NCBI GenBank assembly: GCA_050287085.1
Contig: JBNKBE010000011.1
Location: 138,240 to 202,239 of the forward strand
Direction: 5' to 3'
DNA: 64,000 nucleotides
Origin: Polyangiaceae bacterium
GTDB taxonomy: Bacteria > Myxococcota_A > Polyangia > Polyangiales > Polyangiaceae
The notes below the pieces were generated by a model. It saw nothing but the letters and a program-made list of their open reading frames with translations, was not told where the DNA came from and searched no databases. The translations under genes and the position numbers were made by a program. Below are positions 9,950 through 20,293 of the stretch, piece by piece; positions within the stretch are counted from its first letter, which is position 1, and each line of letters opens with the position of its first letter.

Positions 9950-10888
9950 ATGCGTTTCCTTTTCATTATGGACCCGCTCGACGGGATCCTCCCTGACAAG
10001 GACACGAGCTATGCTTTCATGCTCGCGTCCGTGGCCCGCGGCCACCAAGCATTTCACTGCCAACCCCACGAGGTATCCAACCACGGCCACGCCGTGGCGG
10101 CCTGGACGCGCGAAGTCTTGATCAGCGATGGTGCGCGGCCGCCCGCAGCCGCCGCCCCGCAGCGAATGTCGCTGACGGAATTCGATGCGGTACTGATTCG
10201 GAAAGACCCGCCCTTCGATGCCGCGTACCTACATCTGACGCAGCAACTGTCCCTGGCGGGCGAGCGTCTGCTGGTGGTCAACGCTCCCGATGCCTTGCGC
10301 GCTGCAAACGAAAAGCTATACGCCTTCCAGTTCGCCGAGTTCATGCCGGAAACGTTGGTGAGCAGCAATACCCAAGAGCTGCTCGAGTTTGTCATGAGCG
10401 TCGGTGGACGCGCCGTAGTCAAGCCCTTGGATGGCGCAGGCGGGGCGGGGGTCATGGGTCTTGAGGGAGGCTCTCGCAACACGCGAGGTATTCTTGACTA
10501 CGTGACCCGTGAGGGACGCGAACTGGCGATGGTCCAGGCGTTTCAGCCCGAAGTGGTTGCAGGCGACAAGCGGGTCCTATTGCTCGATGGTGAGCTCCTG
10601 GGCGCGATTCGGCGCGTTCCTCGAGAAGATGACATTCGAGCCAATATTCACGTGGGCGGACGCGTCGAGGCAACCGACTTAACGCCAGCGGAACAGCGGC
10701 TGGTAGACACCGTCGGACCGCGACTCAAAGCCGTCGGACTATTCTTCGTCGGACTCGATCTCATCGCCGAGAAGCTCATCGAGATCAACGTCACCAGTCC
10801 CACAGGTATTCAAGAGCTTTCGCGCTTGTCGGGCACAGATCACGCCGCCCGAGTCATTCTGTGGCTCGAGGCAAATGCTCGAAACTAG
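9950..10888 (+). CDS. gshB: Glutathione synthetase
   Basis: FIMDP..KDTS, RKDPPFD, NEKL, KPLDG.GG, GDKRVLL, RANIHVGG, EINVTSPTG. Confidence 0.97.
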   Translation: MRFLFIMDPLDGILPDKDTSYAFMLASVARGHQAFHCQPHEVSNHGHAVAAWTREVLISDGARPPAAAAPQRMSLTEFDAVLIRKDPPFDAAYLHLTQQLSLAGERLLVVNAPDALRAANEKLYAFQFAEFMPETLVSSNTQELLEFVMSVGGRAVVKPLDGAGGAGVMGLEGGSRNTRGILDYVTREGRELAMVQAFQPEVVAGDKRVLLLDGELLGAIRRVPREDDIRANIHVGGRVEATDLTPAEQRLVDTVGPRLKAVGLFFVGLDLIAEKLIEINVTSPTGIQELSRLSGTDHAARVILWLEANARN

Positions 10889-10986
10889 AATCTAGCCCGC
10901 GCCCCATGGCGCGCAACGCTGCTCTCGGCCCACCAGGCCAGCCACCTTCGACCCTTGTTAGCTCGCACCCCGTACAACCGTCCATC

Positions 10987-13518
10987 ATGAGCCACGACTT
11001 CACCCAAGACGACTCCCCGCCACAGTCCATGTTGCCCGCATTCGGCGCCCGCACCGGGATGTCGGCCCCCGTACTGAAACGGGCTACTCTCGATCATCTC
11101 CACTACACTCTGGGACGCGACGTAGAAGACACAACTCCGGGGGACCTCTACGCTGCCCTGGCCCTAGCCATTCGCGATCGGTTGGTACACCGTTGGCTCT
11201 CGACGGAACGAGCGTACGAGGAGGGCAACGTCAAGCGAGCCTTCTATCTGTCGAGCGAATTCCTCGTCGGACGTAGCCTCCGCCTATGCCTACTGAACCT
11301 TGGGTTGGAGGAAGTGGCCGATCGTGTGCTGCGAGAGCGCGGCAGCAACCTCGAGGAAGTGGAGCAGCAGGAACTCGACCCCGGGCTTGGCAACGGCGGC
11401 TTGGGACGTCTAGCCGCGTGCTTCATGGACTCCCTCGCCACGCTGCAATACCCGGCTCGTGGCTACGGCATTCGGTATCGGTACGGCATCTTCGAGCAGT
11501 TGATCGAGGATGGCTATCAGGTCGAACGCCGCGATGACTGGCTGAGACGACCGAATCCTTGGGACCTTCCGCGCCACGATCTGGAACAGAAGGTCCGGTT
11601 CTTCGGACGAACCGAAACCCGCAAGGACGAACAAGGCAACCTGATCATCGAGTGGCTCGAGACGAAAGACGTCGTGGGAGTCCCGTACGACTCGTTCATC
11701 GTCGGGCACGAAACCAATACCGTCAACACGCTACGCCTCTGGGACGCTCACGCCACGCTCGACTTCGATCTGAAGCTCTTCAACGCTGGGGACTACAGGC
11801 GCGCAGTCGAAGAGAAAATGGACTCGGAGAACATTTCCAAGGTGTTGTATCCGATGGACCATACACCCGAAGGCAAGTTGCTGCGTCTCAAGCAACAATA
11901 CTTCTTCGTGGCCTGCTCGATCGCAGACATCATTCGTGAGTTCAAGGAGCAGAACGAGAACTTCCACGCGTTTCCGGACAAGGTAGCAATCCAGCTCAAT
12001 GACACGCATCCTGCGATAGCTGTTGCCGAACTCATGCGCATCTTCGTCGACGACGAACATCTCCCCTGGGACTTTGCTTGGAGCCTGGTCCAAAGGACGT
12101 TCGGCTATACCAATCATACGCTGTTGCCGGAGGCTCTCGAGAAGTGGCCAGTTTGGATGTTCGAACTGCTGCTTCCACGACATCTGTTGGTTATCTACGA
12201 GATCAATAGACGCTTCCTCCGACAGGTGGAGATTCGTTGGCCTGGCGATGTAGAACGGCTGCGCAAACTGTCCATTATCGAGGAAGGCGCCGAACGACAG
12301 GTCCGCATGGCTCACCTCGCTACCATCGCATCCTCGAGCGTTAACGGGGTAGCAAGGCTGCATACCGAGCTCATCAAGTCCGATCTGATGCCGGAATTCT
12401 ACGAGCTCTTTCCCGAACGGTTCAACAACAAGACCAACGGCGTGACCCCACGACGCTGGGTACTCAGCGCGAACCCAGATCTGTCTCGCGAGATCACGGC
12501 GCGCATCGGCGAAGAATGGATAATCTCTGACTTCTCAAACATCGTACGACTGCGCGAGTTCGTGAGCGACCGGTCAACGCTCGAAGCGTTCACCCAGGTT
12601 AAGCAGATCAACAAAGAACGGCTGTGTCGCGTGATCGCGGACACCACGGGCACATACACGTCACCGAACTCGATGTTTGTTGTTCACGTGAAACGCATCC
12701 ACGAGTACAAGCGGCAACTGCTCGCGATTCTGGGAGTCATTGCTCTCTATATTAAGGAGCGCAACAGTCCCACTGAGGCTTTCACGCCGCGCACCTACGT
12801 GTTTGCGGGCAAGGCCGCGCCTGGGTATGCGATCGCCAAGTTGCATATCAAGCTCATCAACGCTGTGGCGGAGGTGATCAACAACGACCCGGAGCTGCAC
12901 AATCGCATCAAGGTCGTGTTCATCCCCAACTACAGCGTGTCGCTAGCCGAACGGATCATTCCCGCTGCCGATCTATCCGTCCAAATATCCCTGGCTGGCA
13001 AAGAGGCCTCCGGCACCGGCAATATGAAGTTCGCGATGAACGGGGCACTGACGATCGGGACGCTCGACGGAGCGAACGTGGAAATCCACGAGGAGGTCGG
13101 CGACGAAAATTTCTATCTTTTCGGGATGCGAGTTGCCGAAGTCAGGAAGTTGCAGCAGCGAGGTTACAACCCGTCGGTCTTCATTGAGCAGTGTCCCGAC
13201 CTCAAAGCTGCCATTGAACTGATCGAGTCAGAGCTGTTTAGCCCCGATGAACCCGGTATTTTTCGACAGATCACGGACTCCCTGCGCTACCACGATCCCT
13301 ACATGGTGTGTGCGGACTTCCAGTCTTATGCGGATACTGAGGCGCGTGCCGCTCTAGACTACCAAGATACCGTGGATTGGGCCCGCCGCGCATTGTTGAA
13401 CATCGCGGGCTCAGCCCGCTTCTCCAGTGACGAGACTATTCACGCCTACGCCCGCGAGATCTGGAAGCTGCAGCCGGTACACGTCGATCTAGGCGAAGAC
13501 GATCACCTGATGCGGTAG
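10987..13518 (+). CDS. glgP: Glycogen/alpha-glucan phosphorylase
   Basis: GLGNGGLGRLAACF, QLNDTHP, YTNHTLLPEALE, KRIHEYKRQ, PLP site EASGTGNMKF. Confidence 0.98.
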   Translation: MSHDFTQDDSPPQSMLPAFGARTGMSAPVLKRATLDHLHYTLGRDVEDTTPGDLYAALALAIRDRLVHRWLSTERAYEEGNVKRAFYLSSEFLVGRSLRLCLLNLGLEEVADRVLRERGSNLEEVEQQELDPGLGNGGLGRLAACFMDSLATLQYPARGYGIRYRYGIFEQLIEDGYQVERRDDWLRRPNPWDLPRHDLEQKVRFFGRTETRKDEQGNLIIEWLETKDVVGVPYDSFIVGHETNTVNTLRLWDAHATLDFDLKLFNAGDYRRAVEEKMDSENISKVLYPMDHTPEGKLLRLKQQYFFVACSIADIIREFKEQNENFHAFPDKVAIQLNDTHPAIAVAELMRIFVDDEHLPWDFAWSLVQRTFGYTNHTLLPEALEKWPVWMFELLLPRHLLVIYEINRRFLRQVEIRWPGDVERLRKLSIIEEGAERQVRMAHLATIASSSVNGVARLHTELIKSDLMPEFYELFPERFNNKTNGVTPRRWVLSANPDLSREITARIGEEWIISDFSNIVRLREFVSDRSTLEAFTQVKQINKERLCRVIADTTGTYTSPNSMFVVHVKRIHEYKRQLLAILGVIALYIKERNSPTEAFTPRTYVFAGKAAPGYAIAKLHIKLINAVAEVINNDPELHNRIKVVFIPNYSVSLAERIIPAADLSVQISLAGKEASGTGNMKFAMNGALTIGTLDGANVEIHEEVGDENFYLFGMRVAEVRKLQQRGYNPSVFIEQCPDLKAAIELIESELFSPDEPGIFRQITDSLRYHDPYMVCADFQSYADTEARAALDYQDTVDWARRALLNIAGSARFSSDETIHAYAREIWKLQPVHVDLGEDDHLMR

Positions 13519-13665
13519 GGTATGCACACCTCGAAAGTGTGCACTTCCGGGGTGTTCACTTCCGATGTACATGGAGCTGGCCGCGGATCTGCCGCCAACT
13601 GGCACCCCGGGTTGGGCTCTGGTGGACGTCGCCGTCTGCGTCTATTCCTGATGCTAGCAATGCCT

Positions 13666-13762
13666 GCCGCAGTGCCCTGAGCCGCGGTGCCCTGAGCCGC
13701 GGTGTCCTGAGCCGCGGTGTCCTGAGCCGCGGTGCCCTGAGCTGCGGTGTCCTGAGCTGCGG
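13666..13762. repeat. 15-bp tandem repeat (GCYGCGGTGYCCTGA) x~6.5
   Basis: Directly visible, intergenic after glgP. Confidence 0.95.
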
Positions 13763-13952
13763 GGGGCACCCGCTGCTTCGGCGGCCGAGTCGTGGCGGGG
13801 TCTGCGCAATTTCCGCGCGAAGTGTCTCGCTTGCCCCACGAGCGGACCCCGAGCCGGAGAGCGGACGGCCGCAGCTCGACGCCATTGCACCACGGCCCAT
13901 TGCATTTCTGCGCCGTGGGTGCTGCGATGTTTGGGTGCCAACGCTCCCAAAC

Positions 13953-15074
13953 ATGTTCCCCAAGTGCGCGCCAAGGCCGCGAGTCGGGGGCATTGGGGGG
14001 ATCGGCGTTGCGCTGGCATCGGCCTTGCTGTCAACCGCGGCAGCGGCCGGCGACTTAGCCGTTCGATACGAGGCTCCGGGGGGGTGCGGCTCCGCGAGAG
14101 CGGTTCGGGAACGAGTGCGGCGGGCGCTCCCTGAGCGGGAGTTTGCGTCTTTGACGGCAACCATCGAAGTCAAGGCGGAGCCCGGCGGATATGGCATGGC
14201 TTTTCATGCCAGCGCTGGCAGCGCCGTCGTCGACAAGACACTGCACGTGGAATCTTGCGAAGCAGCCGTCGAAGCGGCCGCTCTGCTGCTGCTGCTAACG
14301 GTGGAGGAAGCACCGTCCGCGTCAGACGCCGTCGGAGCGGGCGCAAGTGGCGCCCCAGAGAAGCCCCCCGTCGCTACGGGCCAGACCCCCGTCGCTACGG
14401 GCCAGACCCCCGTCGCCGCGGGCCAGACCCCGACCCCAGCAACTCCCACCAAAGCGGACGCCACTGACCCGAGCCTTCGGCGCGCACCGGCGCCTCTCGA
14501 CGACCTCACTGCAGATGTCTCCACCGCCAGTCGCAGCTCCTCGCTAGAGGCCCTCGCGCTGGAGCTCGACGTGGGAGTTCAGGGCGCTTCGGGGCTGAGC
14601 CCCGGCTGGTCTCCGCTGGGGCGTTTGGAACTCGCGGTCGACGTAGAAAACCTCCGCATCAGCCTTGCGGGGGGCTGGGGACTGGAGCGCCAGACCGCGA
14701 TTGAGGGGAGCTCTGGCCTTGCTCTCCGCTGGTCTGAGATACGGGCAGAGGGAAACCTCGGCTGGACTTTGCGCCGCGGTCCGTGGCGCCTGACCTCGCT
14801 GGTGGGGCTCGGTTGGTTGCGGCTGAGTGCGATCCCGGTCAATACATCAACTCCAGCGTCCGGAGCTACCGGATGGTTGTATATCCCCGTAGGTCTGCTG
14901 GCTTCCAGGAGCATTGGGAAGCACGTGGGTATCTTTGGGCGCCTCGCGGGGGAAATCAGTTTGGAACGGCCAAAGTATGAGATCGGGGGTCTTGTAGCAC
15001 CCGCGCACACCCCAAACCCCCTAGGACTCGCACTGGGTCTGGGAGTGCGTTTGAGCTGGGGAGAGCACGACTAG
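13953..15074 (+). CDS. Secreted/outer-membrane hypothetical protein (Cys-containing N-domain, Pro/Thr linker, beta-strand-rich C-terminus)
   Basis: Signal peptide ending ..STAAAAG; amphipathic strands ending LGLGVRLSW; upstream ORF extension is repeat-derived. Confidence 0.7.
   Translation: MFPKCAPRPRVGGIGGIGVALASALLSTAAAAGDLAVRYEAPGGCGSARAVRERVRRALPEREFASLTATIEVKAEPGGYGMAFHASAGSAVVDKTLHVESCEAAVEAAALLLLLTVEEAPSASDAVGAGASGAPEKPPVATGQTPVATGQTPVAAGQTPTPATPTKADATDPSLRRAPAPLDDLTADVSTASRSSSLEALALELDVGVQGASGLSPGWSPLGRLELAVDVENLRISLAGGWGLERQTAIEGSSGLALRWSEIRAEGNLGWTLRRGPWRLTSLVGLGWLRLSAIPVNTSTPASGATGWLYIPVGLLASRSIGKHVGIFGRLAGEISLERPKYEIGGLVAPAHTPNPLGLALGLGVRLSWGEHD
14365..14431. repeat. 21-bp in-frame tandem repeat x3 (PVATGQT)
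   Basis: CCCCCGTCGCTACGGGCCAGA repeated. Confidence 0.9.
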
Positions 15075-15179
15075 ATGCAGGCCATATCATTCGAAATGGG
15101 TCACCTGCTGCAGGGTATTCGCGCCCTTTTTTCGACCTCTTTCACGGAATCATCCGTTGCCGGCCACTGGATATGTTGG

Positions 15180-15770
15180 ATGGCATTGCCGGCTCGCCCG
15201 GCTCCTGATCCGTCGGGCGACGCAGGTAGCGCCGCCCAAGGACCCGAGGAGTCCCCTGATCATGTTTCCTTCGAACAAGTCTACAGCGAATGTTTCGACT
15301 TTGTGTGGCGCGCAGCCCGAGGCATGGGCATGTCGGGCGCCGCAGCCGAGGACGTCGTTCAGGACGTGTTCGTGGTGGTACATCGCAGACTCGACTCGCT
15401 CGAAAACCCAGCCGCGCTACGGAGCTGGCTCTTTGGGATCACCCGCCGCGTCGTCAAGGACCATCGCCGCGCCGCCACACGGCGCGGCCCTCATGTTGAG
15501 CTCGACGCAGAGCGTGCAGGCGAAAGTGGCCCCGACCCCCAGCGGGTCGTTTCTGGGCAACAAGCACTCGGTCTCCTTCAAAGATACGTCGAGGGCTTCG
15601 ACGAGGATCGTAAAGCTCTGTTCTTCTTGGCCTTCATTGAAGAGCTGCCCATCGTCCAAGTTGCCGAAGCGCTGGGGGACAACGTGAATACCGTCTACTC
15701 AAGAGTCAGGGCACTCAAACGCGACCTGGCAGCCGCGCTGGCTGATGACCCAACGTCGGAGAAGCCATGA
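15180..15770 (+). CDS. ECF sigma-70 factor
   Basis: FVWR..AEDVVQDVFVVVHRRL..LRSWLFGI..NVNTVYSRVR. Confidence 0.92.
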   Translation: MALPARPAPDPSGDAGSAAQGPEESPDHVSFEQVYSECFDFVWRAARGMGMSGAAAEDVVQDVFVVVHRRLDSLENPAALRSWLFGITRRVVKDHRRAATRRGPHVELDAERAGESGPDPQRVVSGQQALGLLQRYVEGFDEDRKALFFLAFIEELPIVQVAEALGDNVNTVYSRVRALKRDLAAALADDPTSEKP

Positions 15771-16591
15771 AGAATCTCGACGAAGCACTGGCTCAGCTCC
15801 GCGAAGAGTACAGCCCCGACTCAGGCGCCAAGGACCGGGTTAAGGCGTCACTTGCCGGGCTGATTGCCGCCAGCCAAACGGGCATGGAATCGTCGCCGGA
15901 AACGTTGCCCAACGCAAACACGCCAGCGGGCGCCGAAAGTGGTATCGGGACCGGCGCGGCAGAGGCGACGCGCATTGGGAGCACCCTGGGCGTCAAGGCG
16001 CTCAAGCTGGGAGCTTTGCTGGGGCTCGGCACCACGCTGGCCGTGGTGGGCGTCAAGCTCTGGTCCTCAGGTGAAGACACAACGGCCAACTCTCAGCAGG
16101 CTCAGACGCTGACCACTCCTGAGCAGCCCCTCGCTGCCCCCCTTCCCCAAGTGCCCCCAGCTGAGGCCGCTCCTGCGGAGGACAAGGCATCGACGGCACA
16201 CGACGGCGCGGAAGCGGCCGCCGCAGCAGCGCTGCCCGAGCGCTCTTTCGCAAAGCCGCCCTCTGGAAAGGCGGTCAAGAGTCGTCGCCGACAGACGACT
16301 GCGAAGTCGACGGATTCCACGGGCAAGACGCCCGAAATGCTCGCTGAAATTCGCCTACTGCGAGCCGCTTCGAACGCCGTGCGCTCCGGAAAACAAGACG
16401 AAGCCCGCCACCTGCTTGCTCAGCACAGGCGACAGTATCCAAACAGCCAACTGGGTGCTGAGCGGCGCGGTCTCAGTTTGCTGCTAGACTGCACGAGCAG
16501 CAGCCAGGGACGCGCACGTGCCCGGCGCTTCCTAGCCGACCATCCGCGCTCGCCCGTTGCCGAGAAGATCCGCAAACAGTGCCTGGAATGA
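15767..16591 (+). CDS. Putative anti-sigma membrane protein with C-terminal TPR-like domain
   Basis: ATGA overlap with sigma; one TM; low-complexity linker; LAEIRLLRAA..HRRQYPNSQL.AER..FLADHPRSP. Confidence 0.7.
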   Translation: MKNLDEALAQLREEYSPDSGAKDRVKASLAGLIAASQTGMESSPETLPNANTPAGAESGIGTGAAEATRIGSTLGVKALKLGALLGLGTTLAVVGVKLWSSGEDTTANSQQAQTLTTPEQPLAAPLPQVPPAEAAPAEDKASTAHDGAEAAAAAALPERSFAKPPSGKAVKSRRRQTTAKSTDSTGKTPEMLAEIRLLRAASNAVRSGKQDEARHLLAQHRRQYPNSQLGAERRGLSLLLDCTSSSQGRARARRFLADHPRSPVAEKIRKQCLE

Positions 16592-17061
16592 TGTTGCCCC
16601 TTTGCCACCGCCATCTTCGTTGGATGGGCCTTGCGCTCCTCGTCGCGTGTTCACGAGACGTTTCGCTCGGCGAAAACGTGCCGGCTCAGACCACACCTCC
16701 TGCCGCGACTTCGGAAGGCTCGCCGCCCAACGCGGCACCTACGCAGTCGCCCTCGGACGACGACGAGCCCGGAATGTCTACCGATGACGAGGCAGACGCT
16801 GAAGACGCGGGCGCTAGCGCGACCCCTCCGTCGAGCACCGGCGACGACACCAACGCAGCGGGCGCCAGTGACGTCGATGATGTCGACTCAGATGACTCCG
16901 ACACGCTAGACAGAGACGATGCAGAGCTCGGTGAGGATAACGACCTGCTCGAGGGGCCCGACGAAGCGGATGAACCCGCCGATGGCCTCACCGACTCAGA
17001 CGATGCTACAGACGCCGGAGCCGATGAGGCCGACGCCGCAGAGCCCGAAGTCGAGCCCTAG
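16588..17061 (+). CDS. Acidic low-complexity lipoprotein
   Basis: Lipobox LLVAC; Asp/Glu-rich; ATGA overlap with upstream gene. Confidence 0.65.
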   Translation: MMLPLCHRHLRWMGLALLVACSRDVSLGENVPAQTTPPAATSEGSPPNAAPTQSPSDDDEPGMSTDDEADAEDAGASATPPSSTGDDTNAAGASDVDDVDSDDSDTLDRDDAELGEDNDLLEGPDEADEPADGLTDSDDATDAGADEADAAEPEVEP

Positions 17062-17815
17062 GCGGCGTCGGCTAGTCCACAATTGAGCTCTCGAGTCGGC
17101 TGATGCCCGACGCGGAACCGTGCTGCACCCCCAAACCGTGCTGCGGCGCTCCGCCGCTCAGGTAGCCGCGCCGCCCGCGACGAGGGGCAACCCCAACAAC
17201 ACATGGATACCCAGGCTCGCTGAGCGATCGCCTTCGCGTGTCATGACAATCGCCGGACTGCGCAGCCATTCGAGGAGGGCGGAGACGAGCCCGAGCGCCA
17301 CAGAGCACGACGATCGGCCGAGGTGGTATGGCTTTCCCATTCGCGAGCCTCAGGCTCGTACAGTAGCCGAGTAAGGCGAACACCTACAACGGGCGCCATC
17401 ATTGTCGCTTTCAGGTTACGAACCTTGTCAGTGCTGCGGCCTTGTGCGGTTCGGCCACCGTCCCCCAACTCTATTCACCTAAACGCGATATCGGACGTGA
17501 TTGGACAAGTTCGATCTCCCTGTGCCGCGCACAAACACGCCCAACAACACAGTTCGCAGGACAAGGGAGCCGACGCCAATGGGAGCGTTCTGTATCGCAG
17601 CGCGCCAGAAAGCACGTTTGCCGTTTCTCAATGCACCACGCGCGCCCCAAGACAGTCCCGTTCTGAGTCGCTTGGTGCGATCTAGTCGCGACTAATTGAG
17701 AAGCGCTCACAGATCAACAGCCCAGGGCCACTGCCTAGTCAAAGCCGATGCGCGCAACAGGGAGCGCCCATTGGCGAAGAGCTGAACCCTGACTTCCCGT
17801 TCCGGAGACCACTCA

Positions 17816-18409
<594 letters not shown>

Positions 18410-18463
18410 GCGCAGCGTCCGGTGTGCGCCCTCGAGTTCCCGCTGGAACTTGAAAGCCTCAAC

Positions 18464-18497
18464 GCGACGACGGACTCCAGGTGGAGTCCGTCGTTGC
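18464..18497. terminator. Strong hairpin between convergent genes (probable terminator)
   Basis: GCGACGACGGACTCC-AGGT-GGAGTCCGTCGTTGC. Confidence 0.65.
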
Positions 18498-18645
18498 CGT
18501 TTGTGTGTCCAGCATAGCCTTCGCGCTTAGGGCGCGCGGCTATGGGCGCGTTGGGAGTGTGGCACCGCATCGATACGAGGTGAACTCGGGACGCAGCTAC
18601 TTGGGTAGAAAGGTCCGCCGCGAGCGACGGCCAGAGCCCCGTGTA

Positions 18646-19050
18646 TCAGTCAGCAGCAGGGACGCGACCGGAAGCCAAGAGTGGCAACAGCTGCGCGCGG
18701 TGCGCGACACATAGGTAGGTCTCGAGCGCCACGAGCACTGCAACCATGCCCAACGAAGGCGCCAGCAACCAATGGAAGAGCGCGATGTTGACGATGATCG
18801 GGGCCAGTATGACAAGCGCGAGCGGAACTGCGCGACCCGCTAGTAGGAGCAGTCCGGCTACGACCTCGACCGCCTTGAGTACTGGGAATAGATAGCCGGT
18901 CGCCGCTAGAGCTCCGACAAACGCCCCCGCAGCATCGGGCATGGGCGGCATGGGCATGAACTGAAGAAAACCGTTCAAGCCAAAGACGAAAAAGATCAGG
19001 CCCAGGACGAGGCGAGCAGCGGTCGGCGCAATACGTTTGATAGCTTCCAT
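18646..19050 (-). CDS. DoxX family membrane protein
   Basis: ARLVLGLIFFVFGLNGF..TGYL..E...GLLLL..PLALVILAPIIVNI..FH; AAGGAG RBS. Confidence 0.88.
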   Translation of the reverse strand: MEAIKRIAPTAARLVLGLIFFVFGLNGFLQFMPMPPMPDAAGAFVGALAATGYLFPVLKAVEVVAGLLLLAGRAVPLALVILAPIIVNIALFHWLLAPSLGMVAVLVALETYLCVAHRAQLLPLLASGRVPAAD

Positions 19051-19160
19051 AAGTCGGCTCCTTAAAAAGGGATGGCCCAGATTGTGGACCGCTTGCGCTT
19101 CCCCACAAGGAGGGTAGTGTGGCCTTCACTGTCCCAAATCTGGGATAGCCGGAGGCCTTC

Positions 19161-20084
19161 GTGACCGACGTCAACCTCGACAATGTTCGTATCTTCATGC
19201 ACGTAGCTGACAGCGGCAGCGTCACCGCCGCCGCTAGGCGACTCGGGGTGCCCAAGAGCACCGTTAGCCGGCGCTTGTCTGAGTTGGAGACAGCAGTCGG
19301 AGCTCGATTGGTTCATCGAACGACGCGCAGCCTGGCGCTGACATCCGCAGGCAAGCGCTACTACGAACAGATCGCTGGCCCGGTCAAAGAGCTCGAAACG
19401 GCACTCCGCTCGCTGCATAGCCTCGACGCCAGCCCTCGCGGCACGCTGCGCATCACAACGCCAACGGATCTTGCCATTTCCGCCATGTTGCCGATGATGG
19501 AGTCGTTTCTGTCGACCTATCCCGAGGTGCAATTGGTCATTGTGCCCACGAGCCGCCGCGTCGACTTGATCGCCGAAGGCATCGACCTCGCCCTGCGCGG
19601 TGGTCCGCTCCCGGAAAGCACCTTGGTCGCGAGGCGACTGCTCAAGGGGCACTTCGAACTTCTCGCCAGCTCCGAATATCTGGCGCGCCGCGGAACGCCC
19701 CAAACCCCCGAGGACATCGAGCAACACGACTGCTTGATCTTCAGCGCTGACGCGCCCGTCCAGACTTGGCACCTGATCAGCGTCGAGCGAGAAGTGACCG
19801 TCACCGCGCGAGGTCGACTGGCCATGAACGACTTCGGTTCACTCACGCGGGCTTGTGTGGGAGGCGCGGGTATCGCGCTCCTGCCTCGTACGTGGCCACT
19901 GGCCGTGGGCGCCCCGGAAGGCCTGGTGCGTGTACTGCCTGGGTGGCATGGCGCAACAGCCGAGCTTCACGCCGTGTTTCCAAGCAGACAACAGCTGTCG
20001 CCCACGGTGCGCGCCTTCATCGACCACGCGACAGAGTACTTTCGCGACGTGCAAGGGGCGCTGCCCCCCCACGCCGCCGTCTGA
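19161..20084 (+). CDS. LysR family transcriptional regulator (CrgA-like)
   Basis: N-terminal HTH SVTAAARRLGVPKSTVSRRL..LE, RTTRSL.LT, VDLIAEGIDLALR; divergent from DoxX gene. Confidence 0.96.
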   Translation: MTDVNLDNVRIFMHVADSGSVTAAARRLGVPKSTVSRRLSELETAVGARLVHRTTRSLALTSAGKRYYEQIAGPVKELETALRSLHSLDASPRGTLRITTPTDLAISAMLPMMESFLSTYPEVQLVIVPTSRRVDLIAEGIDLALRGGPLPESTLVARRLLKGHFELLASSEYLARRGTPQTPEDIEQHDCLIFSADAPVQTWHLISVEREVTVTARGRLAMNDFGSLTRACVGGAGIALLPRTWPLAVGAPEGLVRVLPGWHGATAELHAVFPSRQQLSPTVRAFIDHATEYFRDVQGALPPHAAV

Positions 20085-20184
20085 GCATCGCCGTCTGAGC
20101 ATCGCCGTCTGAGCACCGCCGTCTGAGCACCGCCGTCTGAGCACCGCCGTCTGAGCATCGCCGTCTGAGCATCGCCGTCTGAGC
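20075..20184. repeat. 14-bp tandem repeat (CGCCGTCTGAGCAY) x8 starting at the LysR stop codon
   Basis: Directly visible. Confidence 0.97.
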
Positions 20185-20293
20185 GCGATCGGCACGCCCC
20201 CTATCGCTACCTGCGGTCGCGGCCCCCTCCTATCGCTGCCTGCGATCGAACGGTGCAGCACATCGCAGCGCCTCCGCACATCGCAGCGCCTCG

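Noticed and set aside
13666..13762. Possible CRISPR array (also considered for 20075-20184 and 63588-63920)
   Set aside because: Contiguous tandem units without unique spacers; no cas genes in the window
13539..13952. N-terminal extension of the 511-aa ORF
   Set aside because: Translates the 15-bp repeat and intergenic DNA; the signal peptide begins after 13953
17062..17815. 750-bp intergenic gap with short ORFs and a TAGTCGCGACTA palindrome (~17683-17694)
   Set aside because: No convincing gene, promoter or RNA structure could be supported
20075..20184. Similarity of the repeat to the Neisseria DNA uptake sequence GCCGTCTGAA
   Set aside because: 9/10 match only, tandem rather than dispersed, and derived from the LysR 3' end; coincidence
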